A stretch of 47,098 bases of DNA, filler included, from Candidatus Woesearchaeota archaeon (GTDB lineage Archaea; Nanobdellota; Nanobdellia; Woesearchaeales; DATGWN01), in NCBI GenBank assembly GCA_047603125.1. It is 2 parts of 2 records of this genome, joined end to end, with 100 filler letters (N's around TTAATTAATTAA, not from the genome) between each part and the next. Parts side by side here need not be neighbours in the genome. Positions count along the whole stretch, not along the records: positions 23,850 to 47,098 come from JBLKOU010000017.1; 1 more part is not named here. One strand, given 5' to 3'. A program made the translations under genes and the position numbers. Positions within the stretch are counted from its first letter, which is position 1, and every line of letters begins with the position of its first letter. The notes under the pieces were generated by a model. The model saw only the letters and a program-made list of their open reading frames with translations, searched no databases and was not told the origin of the DNA. Below are positions 38,534 to 47,098 of the stretch, one piece after another.

Positions 38534-38967
38534 TTTCGATAGATGGAGTCACCATAATAATGAATCATTTTGATGACTTTTCCTTTTTGCATATCTGTTA
38601 TTTCTTTTTGTGAAAATAATGCTTTACCAATTGCCAGATTCATGTTTGATTCATGGTCGCATATGAGTATGAGATCATTTTTTTCAAATTCTTGCGTGCT
38701 GACAATACCTGGGCGCATGATGTCTGCACCTTTGACAACATAGGGGACTGCTCCTCTATCCACAGTAATTATTGGAAGTGTTGGTTTTGCATGAAGAGTG
38801 GGGTAGAGCGTGTTGTCTTCGAGAAAAAGGATGCACTTTTTTTCTTTGAAGTAATATATGTTATCGACAAGAATAATCAAATCTTTTTTGGAGAATTCCA
38901 GACCGAATGGCTCGCAAGCTTTTGAGAGTTCTTTTATTTGAGATTTTGAGAGTGGGACTTGCTTCAT
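38530..38967 (-). CDS. PUA-domain RNA-binding protein (MCT-1/Tma20-like)
   Basis: PTL, VDRGAVPYVVKGADIMRPGI, KGKVIK..HYYGD. Confidence 0.9.
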   Translation of the reverse strand: MKQVPLSKSQIKELSKACEPFGLEFSKKDLIILVDNIYYFKEKKCILFLEDNTLYPTLHAKPTLPIITVDRGAVPYVVKGADIMRPGIVSTQEFEKNDLILICDHESNMNLAIGKALFSQKEITDMQKGKVIKMIHYYGDSIYRK

Positions 38968-39041
38968 ATGGGAATTTGAAAGTCTTTTGTTTTAAAACTC
39001 TTATGTATACCTTTTTAAAGAAAGAATTTTCTTTTTTTTCT

Positions 39042-39932
39042 ATGCATACAAAAGAAGATAAACTTCGTGCAGGGAAACTTGCAAGAGAGACACTTGATTA
39101 TGGACTCACACTTATTAAGCCTGGGGCGTCGTATTTAGCGGTATATAAGGCGATAATACAAAAAATACATGATTTAGGTGCAAAACCTGCATTTCCGCCG
39201 CAAATGGCCTGTGATGACGTTGCAGCGCACTATATTCCTGGTCTGAACGAAGATATTATTTTTGACAAACAACTCGTTTCTTTAGACGTTGGTGTCTGTG
39301 TTAATGGGGCTATTGGCGATTGTGCTTGCTCAATTGATTTATCGGGAAAACATGAAAAGTTACTCGTTGCAGTCGATGATGTTCTCAAACAAGCAATTTC
39401 TCATATAAAAGTCGGAGTGACACTTGGCGAAATTGGCCAAATTATTGATCAAACGGCGGCAAAATACGGATTTATGGCTATTCGTAACCTCTCGGGACAC
39501 GGGTTAGGACATAATCAGGTGCATACGCCTCCAAATATTCCAAATTACAATAATCATAGTCAAATTACAATAACTAACGATATGCATTTTGCTATAGAAC
39601 CCTTTATTACAACGGGTTGTGGGACTATCTATGATGCGGGAAATCCGCAAATATTTTCTTTTGTGCAAAAAAAACCTGTACGTTCATTGTTTGCACGAGA
39701 GTTGCTCAAACACATCAAACAATTCGAGACATTGCCGTTTTCTATTCAAGATATTGCACATACTATGCCTGCGGCAAAACTGCAACTTGCACTTCGAGAA
39801 TTGCTGCAAGCGGGAATTTTACAAGGTCATGCGCCGCTTATTGAGCAAGAGCATGGAATTGTGGCACAAAAAGAGCATACAATTTATGTGGATGAATCTG
39901 GCGTTGTTCATGTAACAACAGATTCGAAATAA
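39042..39932 (+). CDS. map: methionine aminopeptidase type II
   Basis: PAFP, VAAHY, LDVGV..NG.IGD, NLSGH, AIEPF, VAQ.EHT with the type II insertion; start ATG 39042. Confidence 0.95.
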   Translation: MHTKEDKLRAGKLARETLDYGLTLIKPGASYLAVYKAIIQKIHDLGAKPAFPPQMACDDVAAHYIPGLNEDIIFDKQLVSLDVGVCVNGAIGDCACSIDLSGKHEKLLVAVDDVLKQAISHIKVGVTLGEIGQIIDQTAAKYGFMAIRNLSGHGLGHNQVHTPPNIPNYNNHSQITITNDMHFAIEPFITTGCGTIYDAGNPQIFSFVQKKPVRSLFARELLKHIKQFETLPFSIQDIAHTMPAAKLQLALRELLQAGILQGHAPLIEQEHGIVAQKEHTIYVDESGVVHVTTDSK

Positions 39933-40103
39933 TAGTGTTTAGATTATTCCGACAATTAAAACTATTAGCTTTTTCTTAATTATTTTAGAACTATAAACAA
40001 CTTGTTTCTTTTACATCATTCGTACTTGATTTTTTCTATTTTTGCTTACTTTTTTTAAAAATCACAACATTTATATATTTCTACGTCACTATTATATCTA
40101 ATT

Positions 40104-40610
40104 ATGTCGGAAAAATTTACTATTTCGTTGGGGGTGATAGAGGCACCACCAGGTTCGAGCGCGGATCAGTTGGCCAAGGTTGTTTTAGAACGTCTAGGTT
40201 TACAGCCGAAAAAACGCGGTTCTACCGAGCATATGCATAAAACGCTTGTGGAGTTTTACGAGCGTGCAAAACATGCAACAGCGAAAAAAGACCAGAAATT
40301 AGCAGTTTTGACAGTGGATGAAATGGCGCTCTTTGCAAAAATTAGTAGGCAAACGATGTATGAATATCTCTCTCGTTGGACTGCGATAGGTCTTATTCAA
40401 AAGGTTACGTATATTGATGATCAAAAAAAAGTGATTATTGGGTACAAATTGAGTGGTTCGAGTTTGTCGGATGCATTCGCGAAAGTCAAAAGTGTTGTTG
40501 CTGAACAGCTTGAACAGACAAGTCAATATATTGATGCATTGCAGCGATCGCTCAAAAATGAAAAGATTGCTGAGAAGATGCGTCAAAATAGAACTGAAAA
40601 TTCTGAGTAA
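40104..40610 (+). CDS. winged-helix DNA-binding protein with a C-terminal coiled coil
   Basis: LTVDEMALFAKISRQTMYEYLSRW..IGLIQK HTH pattern. Confidence 0.75.
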   Translation: MSEKFTISLGVIEAPPGSSADQLAKVVLERLGLQPKKRGSTEHMHKTLVEFYERAKHATAKKDQKLAVLTVDEMALFAKISRQTMYEYLSRWTAIGLIQKVTYIDDQKKVIIGYKLSGSSLSDAFAKVKSVVAEQLEQTSQYIDALQRSLKNEKIAEKMRQNRTENSE

Positions 40611-40655
40611 AATCAAAAGATTTTAGGCTTAATGTATTTAAGCATTACCTGAATT

Positions 40656-41213
40656 TTAAAGTCGATTAATTGTGCGATAATTAGAGAATAAGCATTCGTC
40701 AGGAACTTGTTGTTGAAGATTGGCGCGCACGTTTTTAGGAAATCCTGTTTCTTTTCGTAATCTATCTTTTCTTAAGAATGTGGGTGTTTCGTTGCCATTA
40801 TAAATTGCTGCAGCTTGAATGGTGCATGGTGCAATTGATGGCATGTGTCTTTTCGGTATGCCGTTTGTTAATCGTAAAAATACCCCTTCGTAGTGATTTT
40901 CACTTTTATCTTGTCTGTTTACTCCGTATCCTCTTTCAAAGAAAAGAAATCCGCAATCAGTACTTTTGCCAAATTCTTGTATGTTAAGAGTGCGAAATTG
41001 AATCGATGCAATGGAACGCGGTTGTGAAAAATAGTCATCGATCCAAGGAAATTGGCGTTGATTAGTTTTTTTTTTCCTATAAGACTCAAAAGGGATCGTT
41101 CCGTAAGTGTTTGAGATGAACCAACTTGTAGGCTTGTAATTGGAAACATGTCTTGCTTGAGAAAATAAACGAGTGTATTTGGCGTAATCACAAGTGGTGT
41201 TACTCGAAAGTAC
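40656..41213 (-). pseudogene. 185-codon open frame lacking an in-frame start near its 5' end
   Basis: Frame of ORF 40656-40844 stays open to 41213; overlapping ORF 40919-41191 supplies a GTG in another frame; A10 run at 41066-41075. Confidence 0.45.
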
Positions 41214-41233
41214 TTAAAAAACTTTCTTTTCTG

Positions 41234-41384
41234 GACAGTGTTTGAATATCGTTATAAGCACTATTTCCTTGGTGAAATGTCAGAAATCGAGTGATTCATG
41301 CAACGAAGATTTCGCGAATAGACAGCCGTCGCAAAATCACCGAAATAGTGCGTTTTATGTATCGGACTAAGTTCAAACACTGTC
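41234..41384. mobile_element. MITE, IS1595-family-like
   Basis: 13-bp perfect TIR GACAGTGTTTGAA/TTCAAACACTGTC and 8-bp direct repeat CTTTTCTG (41226-41233, 41385-41392). Confidence 0.75.
41258..41351 (-). repeat. structured intergenic repeat, copy 2 (inside the MITE)
   Basis: Minus strand reads GCACTATTTC-GGT...TGCATGAATC...ACC-AAG-GAAATAGTGC; 94 bp, same length as copy 1. Confidence 0.8.
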
Positions 41385-41801
41385 CTTTTCTGGCTAAAAC
41401 TGTTCCCTTTATTTAATAATTGCTAAAAACTTTCTAGCATATTTGGATATTTGCGTTATGCGAACATTTATCTTCTATCTGATACATTTACCTATCTAAA
41501 AAAAGGTATCTGGATGAGTTTTTTTGCAAAATCGGAAAAATCTCGAATGACTGCTTTCGGAAAAAAGTTTGAAATTCTGACATTATTCCGAATTTCTCTT
41601 TATTTGCTTGAAGCTTCTAAGCTTTCTGATATAATCCCGAATATTTAGTGGAAACTAGTTTTTGATCCTTTGAATGGTCAATGGGGGTTCAACATGAAAA
41701 TGTATGAATCGAAGGGGTTTTGTATAAGTTGGTGGTGCGAATTTGGTATTATGCCGACACCTTATTTGTCGCTAGAAATTTTTGAGCGTTTCTATAAACT
41801 T

Positions 41802-43046
41802 TCAATTTTTTTGAGTATGCTTTTTGTAGCTTTGTTTTTTCGAATAATTTGATTTTTGATTAAAACTTTTAGAATTTCGTTTTTGATCACGATTTTGTTT
41901 ATATTCTGCAAATGATGTCTCTTTTGGAATGGGTGAATCTTTTTTTCTCACGTAGCCTGTTTTTCCTTTAAATTTATCTTTCGAGTCTTTTGGTTTAGAC
42001 GTGTACTCTCTTTTTACAAATGACGATTTACTGTCATCGCGCTTAAAACCAGGTTGTTTAGAATCATATGTGTCTTTTCGTTCATATCTTCTTTTCGGAC
42101 GGTCGGCAGTAACATCTCTTGGCTTAGAAACAAAATTTCTTCGACTGCTGCTTTTGTCTTGAGAATTATCATTTCTAGATTCGAATCTATTCGAACGAGG
42201 TGAATTCTGACTTTTTGAACGCGTTTTATGCGTTGTTGTTTCACAAGTTTCGGATTTTCTAAACTTTTTATCGATGCTAAAAGATTTCGCCTTTGCTTCT
42301 TTTGATTTAAAATCACTTCTTTTTACTAATTTTGGAAGTGGTTTTTTACTAATTTCTTTGAGAGCTGAAATCTCTGTTTCCTTTAGTTCTCGAAATTCTC
42401 CTGGGCGGAGTTTGTTAACATGAATTGACCCTATTTTTACACGAACAAGGCGATGAACGCGATAGCCAAAATGCTTGAAAATTCGCTTGACAATTTTATG
42501 TCGTCCGACATGAATAGTTATTTCACATTCATTGTTTCGTACATTGCCAATCGAGATATTTGTAACAGGGCCATCGTCTAATTCGATGCCTTGGTGCATT
42601 TTTGCTATATCGCTTTTTTTGAGTTTTTCATCAAGTGTTGCCCGATATGTCTTAGTCATCTCAAAGCGAGGATGCATAACTTTATTTGCAAATTCTCCGT
42701 CATTTGTGAGTAAAATAAGGCCTTCCGCGTCTTTATCAAGTCTTCCGATAGGATAAATTCGTGTGTTTTTTAGTTCTTGCGGGAAAAGATCATTGATTTT
42801 TTTTGCTGCAAATTCGTCTTTAAGTGTTGTCACATACCATTTTGGTTTGTAATGAGCATAATATTTGAATTTTGGGAATGAAATAGGTTTGTCATGGACG
42901 AGAATAGTGTCTGAGCGGGATGCTTTGTCACCTATAGTGATTGTTTTTCCATTTACTGAAACGACTCCTTTTTTAATGAGCTCTTCGCATTCTCGTCGAG
43001 AAGCGATGCCTGCACTGCTAAGGAGTTTTTGTACTCGTTCTTGCAT
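41802..43046 (-). CDS. rluB: RsuA/RluB-family pseudouridine synthase with a long basic tail
   Basis: S4 domain ERVQKLLS.AGIASRR, KP..YVTT..D, catalytic GRLDKDAEGL, KTY, L.RV.IG; exact subfamily uncertain. Confidence 0.88.
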   Translation of the reverse strand: MQERVQKLLSSAGIASRRECEELIKKGVVSVNGKTITIGDKASRSDTILVHDKPISFPKFKYYAHYKPKWYVTTLKDEFAAKKINDLFPQELKNTRIYPIGRLDKDAEGLILLTNDGEFANKVMHPRFEMTKTYRATLDEKLKKSDIAKMHQGIELDDGPVTNISIGNVRNNECEITIHVGRHKIVKRIFKHFGYRVHRLVRVKIGSIHVNKLRPGEFRELKETEISALKEISKKPLPKLVKRSDFKSKEAKAKSFSIDKKFRKSETCETTTHKTRSKSQNSPRSNRFESRNDNSQDKSSSRRNFVSKPRDVTADRPKRRYERKDTYDSKQPGFKRDDSKSSFVKREYTSKPKDSKDKFKGKTGYVRKKDSPIPKETSFAEYKQNRDQKRNSKSFNQKSNYSKKQSYKKHTQKN

Positions 43047-43198
43047 GGTGATGAAAATATTCGGTGATTTATAATATCTCTGTTTTTTAGAGTGCGAATT
43101 GTATTGTTTTTGATAGGATGTTTTCGATTCTAAATTTAAAGGAATTGCTAAAATATATTAGTTGTCGGAATAATTTAAACATCGTTTTGTCGAATACA

Positions 43199-43642
43199 TT
43201 ACACATCTATAACACAGGTAAATGCAATCTTGCCTGAATCAAGTGCTTCAATACTCATTTGATGGTATGTGACTGACTTAAATGGCTGGCTTTCTATATA
43301 CGCATCCGCAAGTATGAGATTTGCTTGTGCGGTGATGGTAAAGTGTGTATGCGTCTTTTTTATAGCGATATTTGTGCAGTTTGTTACCATGTTTTTTGTA
43401 TCCAGAATGTAGAGGCATTGTTCGAGAAAGTCAAATATAGCGCCCGTTAATGTCTGTGCCCGTGTTGTTATCGTTTCTTGTTTGTTTGTTTGAGGGTCTG
43501 TGTTTTCTTTTTTTACCGTGGCAAACATTGCTTCAATGTAATTGACAAGTGCGTCTTCTAACGTATCTCCAAAACTTTGAATTTTTAGATCAGTCGGATG
43601 TTCCAAGTAGACATATTTTTCAGGCTTATCAATAAAGTTCAT
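43199..43642 (-). CDS. archease
   Basis: YLEHPTD, GDTLEDA, KSVTYHQM, terminal VIDV. Confidence 0.9.
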   Translation of the reverse strand: MNFIDKPEKYVYLEHPTDLKIQSFGDTLEDALVNYIEAMFATVKKENTDPQTNKQETITTRAQTLTGAIFDFLEQCLYILDTKNMVTNCTNIAIKKTHTHFTITAQANLILADAYIESQPFKSVTYHQMSIEALDSGKIAFTCVIDV

Positions 43643-43708
43643 ACATTTTGAGAGAGGTGTTTGTTTATGAGTTTTTTGTTTTTATGTAACAAAAAGTTAA
43701 GTCAATAA

Positions 43709-43853
43709 AAAGAGCACGCAGATTTTGCTCAAGAGTCCCGCTTTGAGAATCATGCGAAAATCCGCTTGTCTGTTTTCGGATTCCCATCCTCAAATTTGAA
43801 AGCTTCTTTCAAACAAGCAGCGAATTTTCTGATTTTACTGCAAGGTGCTCTTT
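43709..43853 (+). repeat. structured intergenic repeat, copy 3 (expanded apical loop)
   Basis: AAAGAGCAC-GCA...TGC-AAG-GTGCTCTTT; close homologue of 46924-47032. Confidence 0.85.
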
Positions 43854-43876
43854 CTTTTTTTGGTGAAAGTGTTTTC

Positions 43877-45829
43877 TCAAACCATCACAATATCCTTTGA
43901 AGTTCGTCTGCCGTACACAAAAACATAACTCCAGAATAATCGTTTTCTCTTGCGTATGTGAACAGAAAAGCCACATTCGCGAAAGACTCTTTCTATATTT
44001 CTTTCAGAACTCATCCAGTATTGATTCGGAAGTACTTTAAAAAAATCAGTGAAATCAAAAAAACACACCGGTGCGCCTTCTGGAACAAGTGTGGCAAGTT
44101 CTTTTAAGAGTTTGTGTGGGTCTTGAACGAGACTTAATGTATCAAGTGAAACAATCGCATCAGCAAGCATTTTTTTACTATGTACATTTTGTGTGTAGGA
44201 CTCGTGATGAATAACATCAAGTGTTCCTTTGAGTTGTTCTAGAGATTTCCAACGAGGACGCGCGACACGATCTTGAAGAATTTTTAGTTCTGTTGAAGAA
44301 TCATTTATAGCAATAACTTTTCCGTCACGTCCTACAGAATAAATGAGATGCTGTGTTAATGTTCCTACACTTGAACCATATTCGAGAATTGTTTTTCCCT
44401 CAACAGGTCCTAAGTAAGAAAAAATTTCTTCTTGTATATGTTTTGGTATAAAAAAATTTTCAAAAAAGACAGTTATATGTGCAGATTTATCCTTTATTTT
44501 TGTTGCAAACGCACGATTATTATAGAGTTCTACAAGTAAATAAACTGGTATTCCCATCAATAAAAATGAACCCGCTAATAATAAAAGACGCACAGCCCCG
44601 TCATCTAAAAATGCCCAAAAGACAATCATGCTGAGAAAAAAAATGACAAGCATATATGCGCCGTATGGAAGAAAAGGTGCATGAAAATATCGAGGATGAT
44701 CAGGTTTTGTTTTTCGCAAAATTGCAGCAGTAAGCATGATGGATGAGTAGAGTATTAATACAATGGGAACGAGCATGTGAAGGAGTGTGTAGTATGAGCC
44801 GGCCCCTGCAAGAATAAATATGCTTATGAGAACTGTTTGAAAGAGAATGGCATATGAGGGCGTATTGTATTTAGGTGAAATATGTGCGAATTGCTTTACA
44901 AATAATCCATCTTGAGCTAATGTAAGAATTAAACGCGGTGCGCCAACAATCCAACCTGCAACAGAACCGATGATGGAAAGATACACAAGTATGGAAAAGA
45001 TTGAACCTGATTGTTCTCCAAAGAGTGCAACCCCGAGATCAAATAATGGTTTTGTACTTTCTCCAAAAATAGCTGGATGAATGGCTAAAATGGATGCGAT
45101 GACAAGAAGAATGGAGATGAGTGCAATAAAAACTGTTGCATGAACAAGTGCACGGGAAACGACACGTGCGCCATTTTTAGTTTCTCCTGCTAAAAATGTT
45201 GCAGTTTCCCAACCAAAAAATGTTTCTGCAATGCCAAAAAGTGTGAGTAAAAATAAAAATACAAATGCTGTTTCACTTACGGGAAAAAAGGGTTCAAAAT
45301 GGTGTAAGTTTTCCGGAAAAGGTTTGATAAGACCGCTAAATGTCAAAAAGGTAATGGTTGCTATTGTTAGTAGAGAAAAAGTCATTAACATGGTTGCACT
45401 TGTTTTTAGTCCCGAATAAGCGATGTAATTGAGAAGCAGCACGAATAAAATGGCAATTGCAATAACCCACCACGAGGTTTGAGATTCTTGCGGGAGCAAG
45501 TAATACATTGCACCAATAATGAGCATGGCGATGGTCACATACCCGACGATTAACGTTGCCCAGCCAATAAAAAATGAAATTGTTCTGCCATATGCTTGCT
45601 TTGCAAATTCATAAATTCCCCCACTTGTTGGAAACATACTTGTCAGTTCTGCAAAAATCATACTTGTATAAATGGCAATTAATCCCATAATAAGCCATGC
45701 TATGAGTGATGCAGGTCCGCTGTAAGCAATTCCTACTGCGGGAAGAAAATAAATACCAGTTCCCATAATCGCAGTAATCGCAATCAATAAAATTGCAGGA
45801 TATCCTAAACTGCGTTCGAGTTCTGCCAT
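43877..45829 (-). CDS. APC-family amino acid permease fused to a class I SAM-methyltransferase-like domain
   Basis: IMGTGIYF, GPAS, AEL.SMFP.SGG.Y, FGWE, about 12 TM; C-terminal GKTILEYGSSVG, GKVIAIND, ADAIVS. Confidence 0.88.
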   Translation of the reverse strand: MAELERSLGYPAILLIAITAIMGTGIYFLPAVGIAYSGPASLIAWLIMGLIAIYTSMIFAELTSMFPTSGGIYEFAKQAYGRTISFFIGWATLIVGYVTIAMLIIGAMYYLLPQESQTSWWVIAIAILFVLLLNYIAYSGLKTSATMLMTFSLLTIATITFLTFSGLIKPFPENLHHFEPFFPVSETAFVFLFLLTLFGIAETFFGWETATFLAGETKNGARVVSRALVHATVFIALISILLVIASILAIHPAIFGESTKPLFDLGVALFGEQSGSIFSILVYLSIIGSVAGWIVGAPRLILTLAQDGLFVKQFAHISPKYNTPSYAILFQTVLISIFILAGAGSYYTLLHMLVPIVLILYSSIMLTAAILRKTKPDHPRYFHAPFLPYGAYMLVIFFLSMIVFWAFLDDGAVRLLLLAGSFLLMGIPVYLLVELYNNRAFATKIKDKSAHITVFFENFFIPKHIQEEIFSYLGPVEGKTILEYGSSVGTLTQHLIYSVGRDGKVIAINDSSTELKILQDRVARPRWKSLEQLKGTLDVIHHESYTQNVHSKKMLADAIVSLDTLSLVQDPHKLLKELATLVPEGAPVCFFDFTDFFKVLPNQYWMSSERNIERVFRECGFSVHIRKRKRLFWSYVFVYGRRTSKDIVMV

Positions 45830-45884
45830 GAAACTGTGTCGTCGTTTATCTTTTTAAAGAAGTGTTTTCATTTTTAAAAGACAA

Positions 45885-46808
45885 CTAGGTGAATATAACA
45901 GGTGACTGGAAGAATGTTAAAGTCATTGGTTGGCGCATGTACCCAAACAAAATATCAAAAAAAGTTGGCGCATCACTATATTCAACAACGCTGACACGTT
46001 TATTTAATCTATTCTCCAAGTATTCTTGGGCTTGTGCTCGACCACCAAGTTGATCAACTAAGCCATTTTGCGATGCTTGTAAACCAGAAAAGATTGAGCC
46101 ATCTGCAAGTTCACGAACATGCTCAACTGATAAATTTCTGTTTTGTGCAACTTCAGTTACAAAAATATCATGCATTTGATCAAGTAAAATTTGAAATTGT
46201 TCTTGTTCTTGCTCTGTTGGTGAGCGAAATGGAGAACCAAAGTCTTTACTTTCTCCTGAAACAAAACGCTGATAGGTAACATTGTAATTTTCAATAAAAC
46301 CTGAAAAATCTAAGTATGATGCGATAACGCCAATAGAGCCAACTGTTGACATACGATTTGCAATAACATAATCTGTTGAGGATGCAACCCAATAAGAACC
46401 ACTTGCTCCGACTTCTCGAATATATGCGACTGTTGGCTTATCAATTGCTCGAATTGCTTGTGCAATTTCATCTGTTGCAACGCCACTTCCGCCAGGGGAA
46501 TTAATTTCAATCATTATTGCTTCAATGGACGAATCTCTTGCAAGTGAATCGAGACGTTTAACAACTCGCTCTGATGAGACAATTCCTGATGAACCAAATA
46601 AATTTTGTTGCGATTGTGTCATAATGGGTCCATCAATTCGTATTAATGCGACATTTCCTCTGCCACTTGCTCCGTCTGATGAAAACGAGCTTGTAACTGA
46701 GACAAAAAGAGCAACGATAAAAAAGAAAAAGACAAATAGTAAAAGTACAAGACCAATACCGATAAAAACAGGTGCACGTGATGTCTGTTGTGATTGTGAT
46801 TTACTCAT
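45885..46808 (-). CDS. sppA: signal peptide peptidase SppA (S49)
   Basis: INSPGGS, GASGSYWVAS, GSIGV, G..KD, GLVDQLG; N-terminal TM. Confidence 0.95.
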   Translation of the reverse strand: MSKSQSQQTSRAPVFIGIGLVLLLFVFFFFIVALFVSVTSSFSSDGASGRGNVALIRIDGPIMTQSQQNLFGSSGIVSSERVVKRLDSLARDSSIEAIMIEINSPGGSGVATDEIAQAIRAIDKPTVAYIREVGASGSYWVASSTDYVIANRMSTVGSIGVIASYLDFSGFIENYNVTYQRFVSGESKDFGSPFRSPTEQEQEQFQILLDQMHDIFVTEVAQNRNLSVEHVRELADGSIFSGLQASQNGLVDQLGGRAQAQEYLENRLNKRVSVVEYSDAPTFFDILFGYMRQPMTLTFFQSPVIFT

Positions 46809-46923
46809 AGTGTAAGGGTATGTGAAACTATTTTTAAACTTTGTGATAGACTTTTTTCATAGGAACCTTTTATTTATATTTTGCCCCGATTAATAATCAG
46901 TCTTTATCCAATAATTATTTTTC

Positions 46924-47032
46924 AAAAAAGAGCACGCAAACTTGGCTCAAGAGTCCCACTTTGAGAATCGTACGAAAATTTGCCTGCATGAATCGCCAAA
47001 TTTTCTGACTTTGCTGCAAGGTGCTCTTTTTT
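46924..47032 (+). repeat. structured intergenic repeat, copy 4
   Basis: AAAAAAGAGCAC-GCA...GAAAATTTG-CCTGCATGAATCGC-CAAATTTTC...TGC-AAG-GTGCTCTTTTTT. Confidence 0.85.
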
Positions 47033-47098
47033 ATTTTTTAAATCAGCTCTAGAATCTGATAATTTTATAAACTCACCTTACTTGGCTAGTTTCTATGA

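Larger units (their letters stand above)
39936..43181. repeat. 20-bp inverted repeat pair 3.2 kb apart
   Basis: TGTTTAGATTATTCCGACAA (39936-39955) versus the reverse complement of 43162-43181, TGTTTAAATTATTCCGACAA; 19/20 identical. Confidence 0.7.

Noticed and set aside
3335..39041. Long N-terminal extensions in the ORF track (3335, 16334, 20801, 35215, 38907)
   Set aside because: They overlap neighbouring genes; downstream ATGs fit TATA spacing, ATGA coupling or family N termini better
41395..41800. Replication origin in the AT-rich non-coding stretch, and ORFs 41451-41648 and 41670-41852
   Set aside because: No adjacent cdc6/orc1 and no convincing ORB repeats; the ORFs are short with no protein features
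1..47098. CRISPR array, cas genes, rRNA, reverse transcriptase or DGR
   Set aside because: No regularly spaced repeat-spacer array and no recognisable motifs seen; the 18-bp repeat at 9334/9417 is tRNA-derived and has only two copies

Overview
AT-rich archaeal sequence, most consistent with a DPANN archaeon such as Woesearchaeota. Evidence: TATA boxes about 25 nt upstream of start codons, an archaeal initiator tRNA-Met, an intron-containing tRNA-Ser, archease, type II MetAP and an SSV1-type integrase. The lineage assignment is inference. The window is two contigs joined by an artificial N44-TTAATTAATTAA-N44 spacer (23750-23849). The left contig carries bacterial-like metabolic genes (GH100 invertase with an SPP-like HAD, an MhqO/MhqD-like pair, an ABC-2 transporter). 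It also has an island at tRNA-iMet (split SSV1-type integrase, Sau3AI-like R-M system, Mrr-like and membrane genes) and a Fic/toxin-antitoxin cluster after tRNA-Ser. The right contig starts with a 5'-truncated giant surface protein (>3470 aa) of DUF285, LamG and many Ig-like domains, fused through a transmembrane segment to a HerA/FtsK-type ATPase. It is followed by a coiled-coil gene, a secreted transglutaminase-like gene and housekeeping genes (nth, rlmN-like, PUA, map, pseudouridine synthase, archease, APC permease-methyltransferase fusion, sppA). The two best candidates for undescribed biology are the giant adhesin-ATPase operon and a four-copy intergenic structured element with compensatory base changes, one copy of which is nested in a MITE. 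All family calls come from motif recognition by eye; no searches were run.
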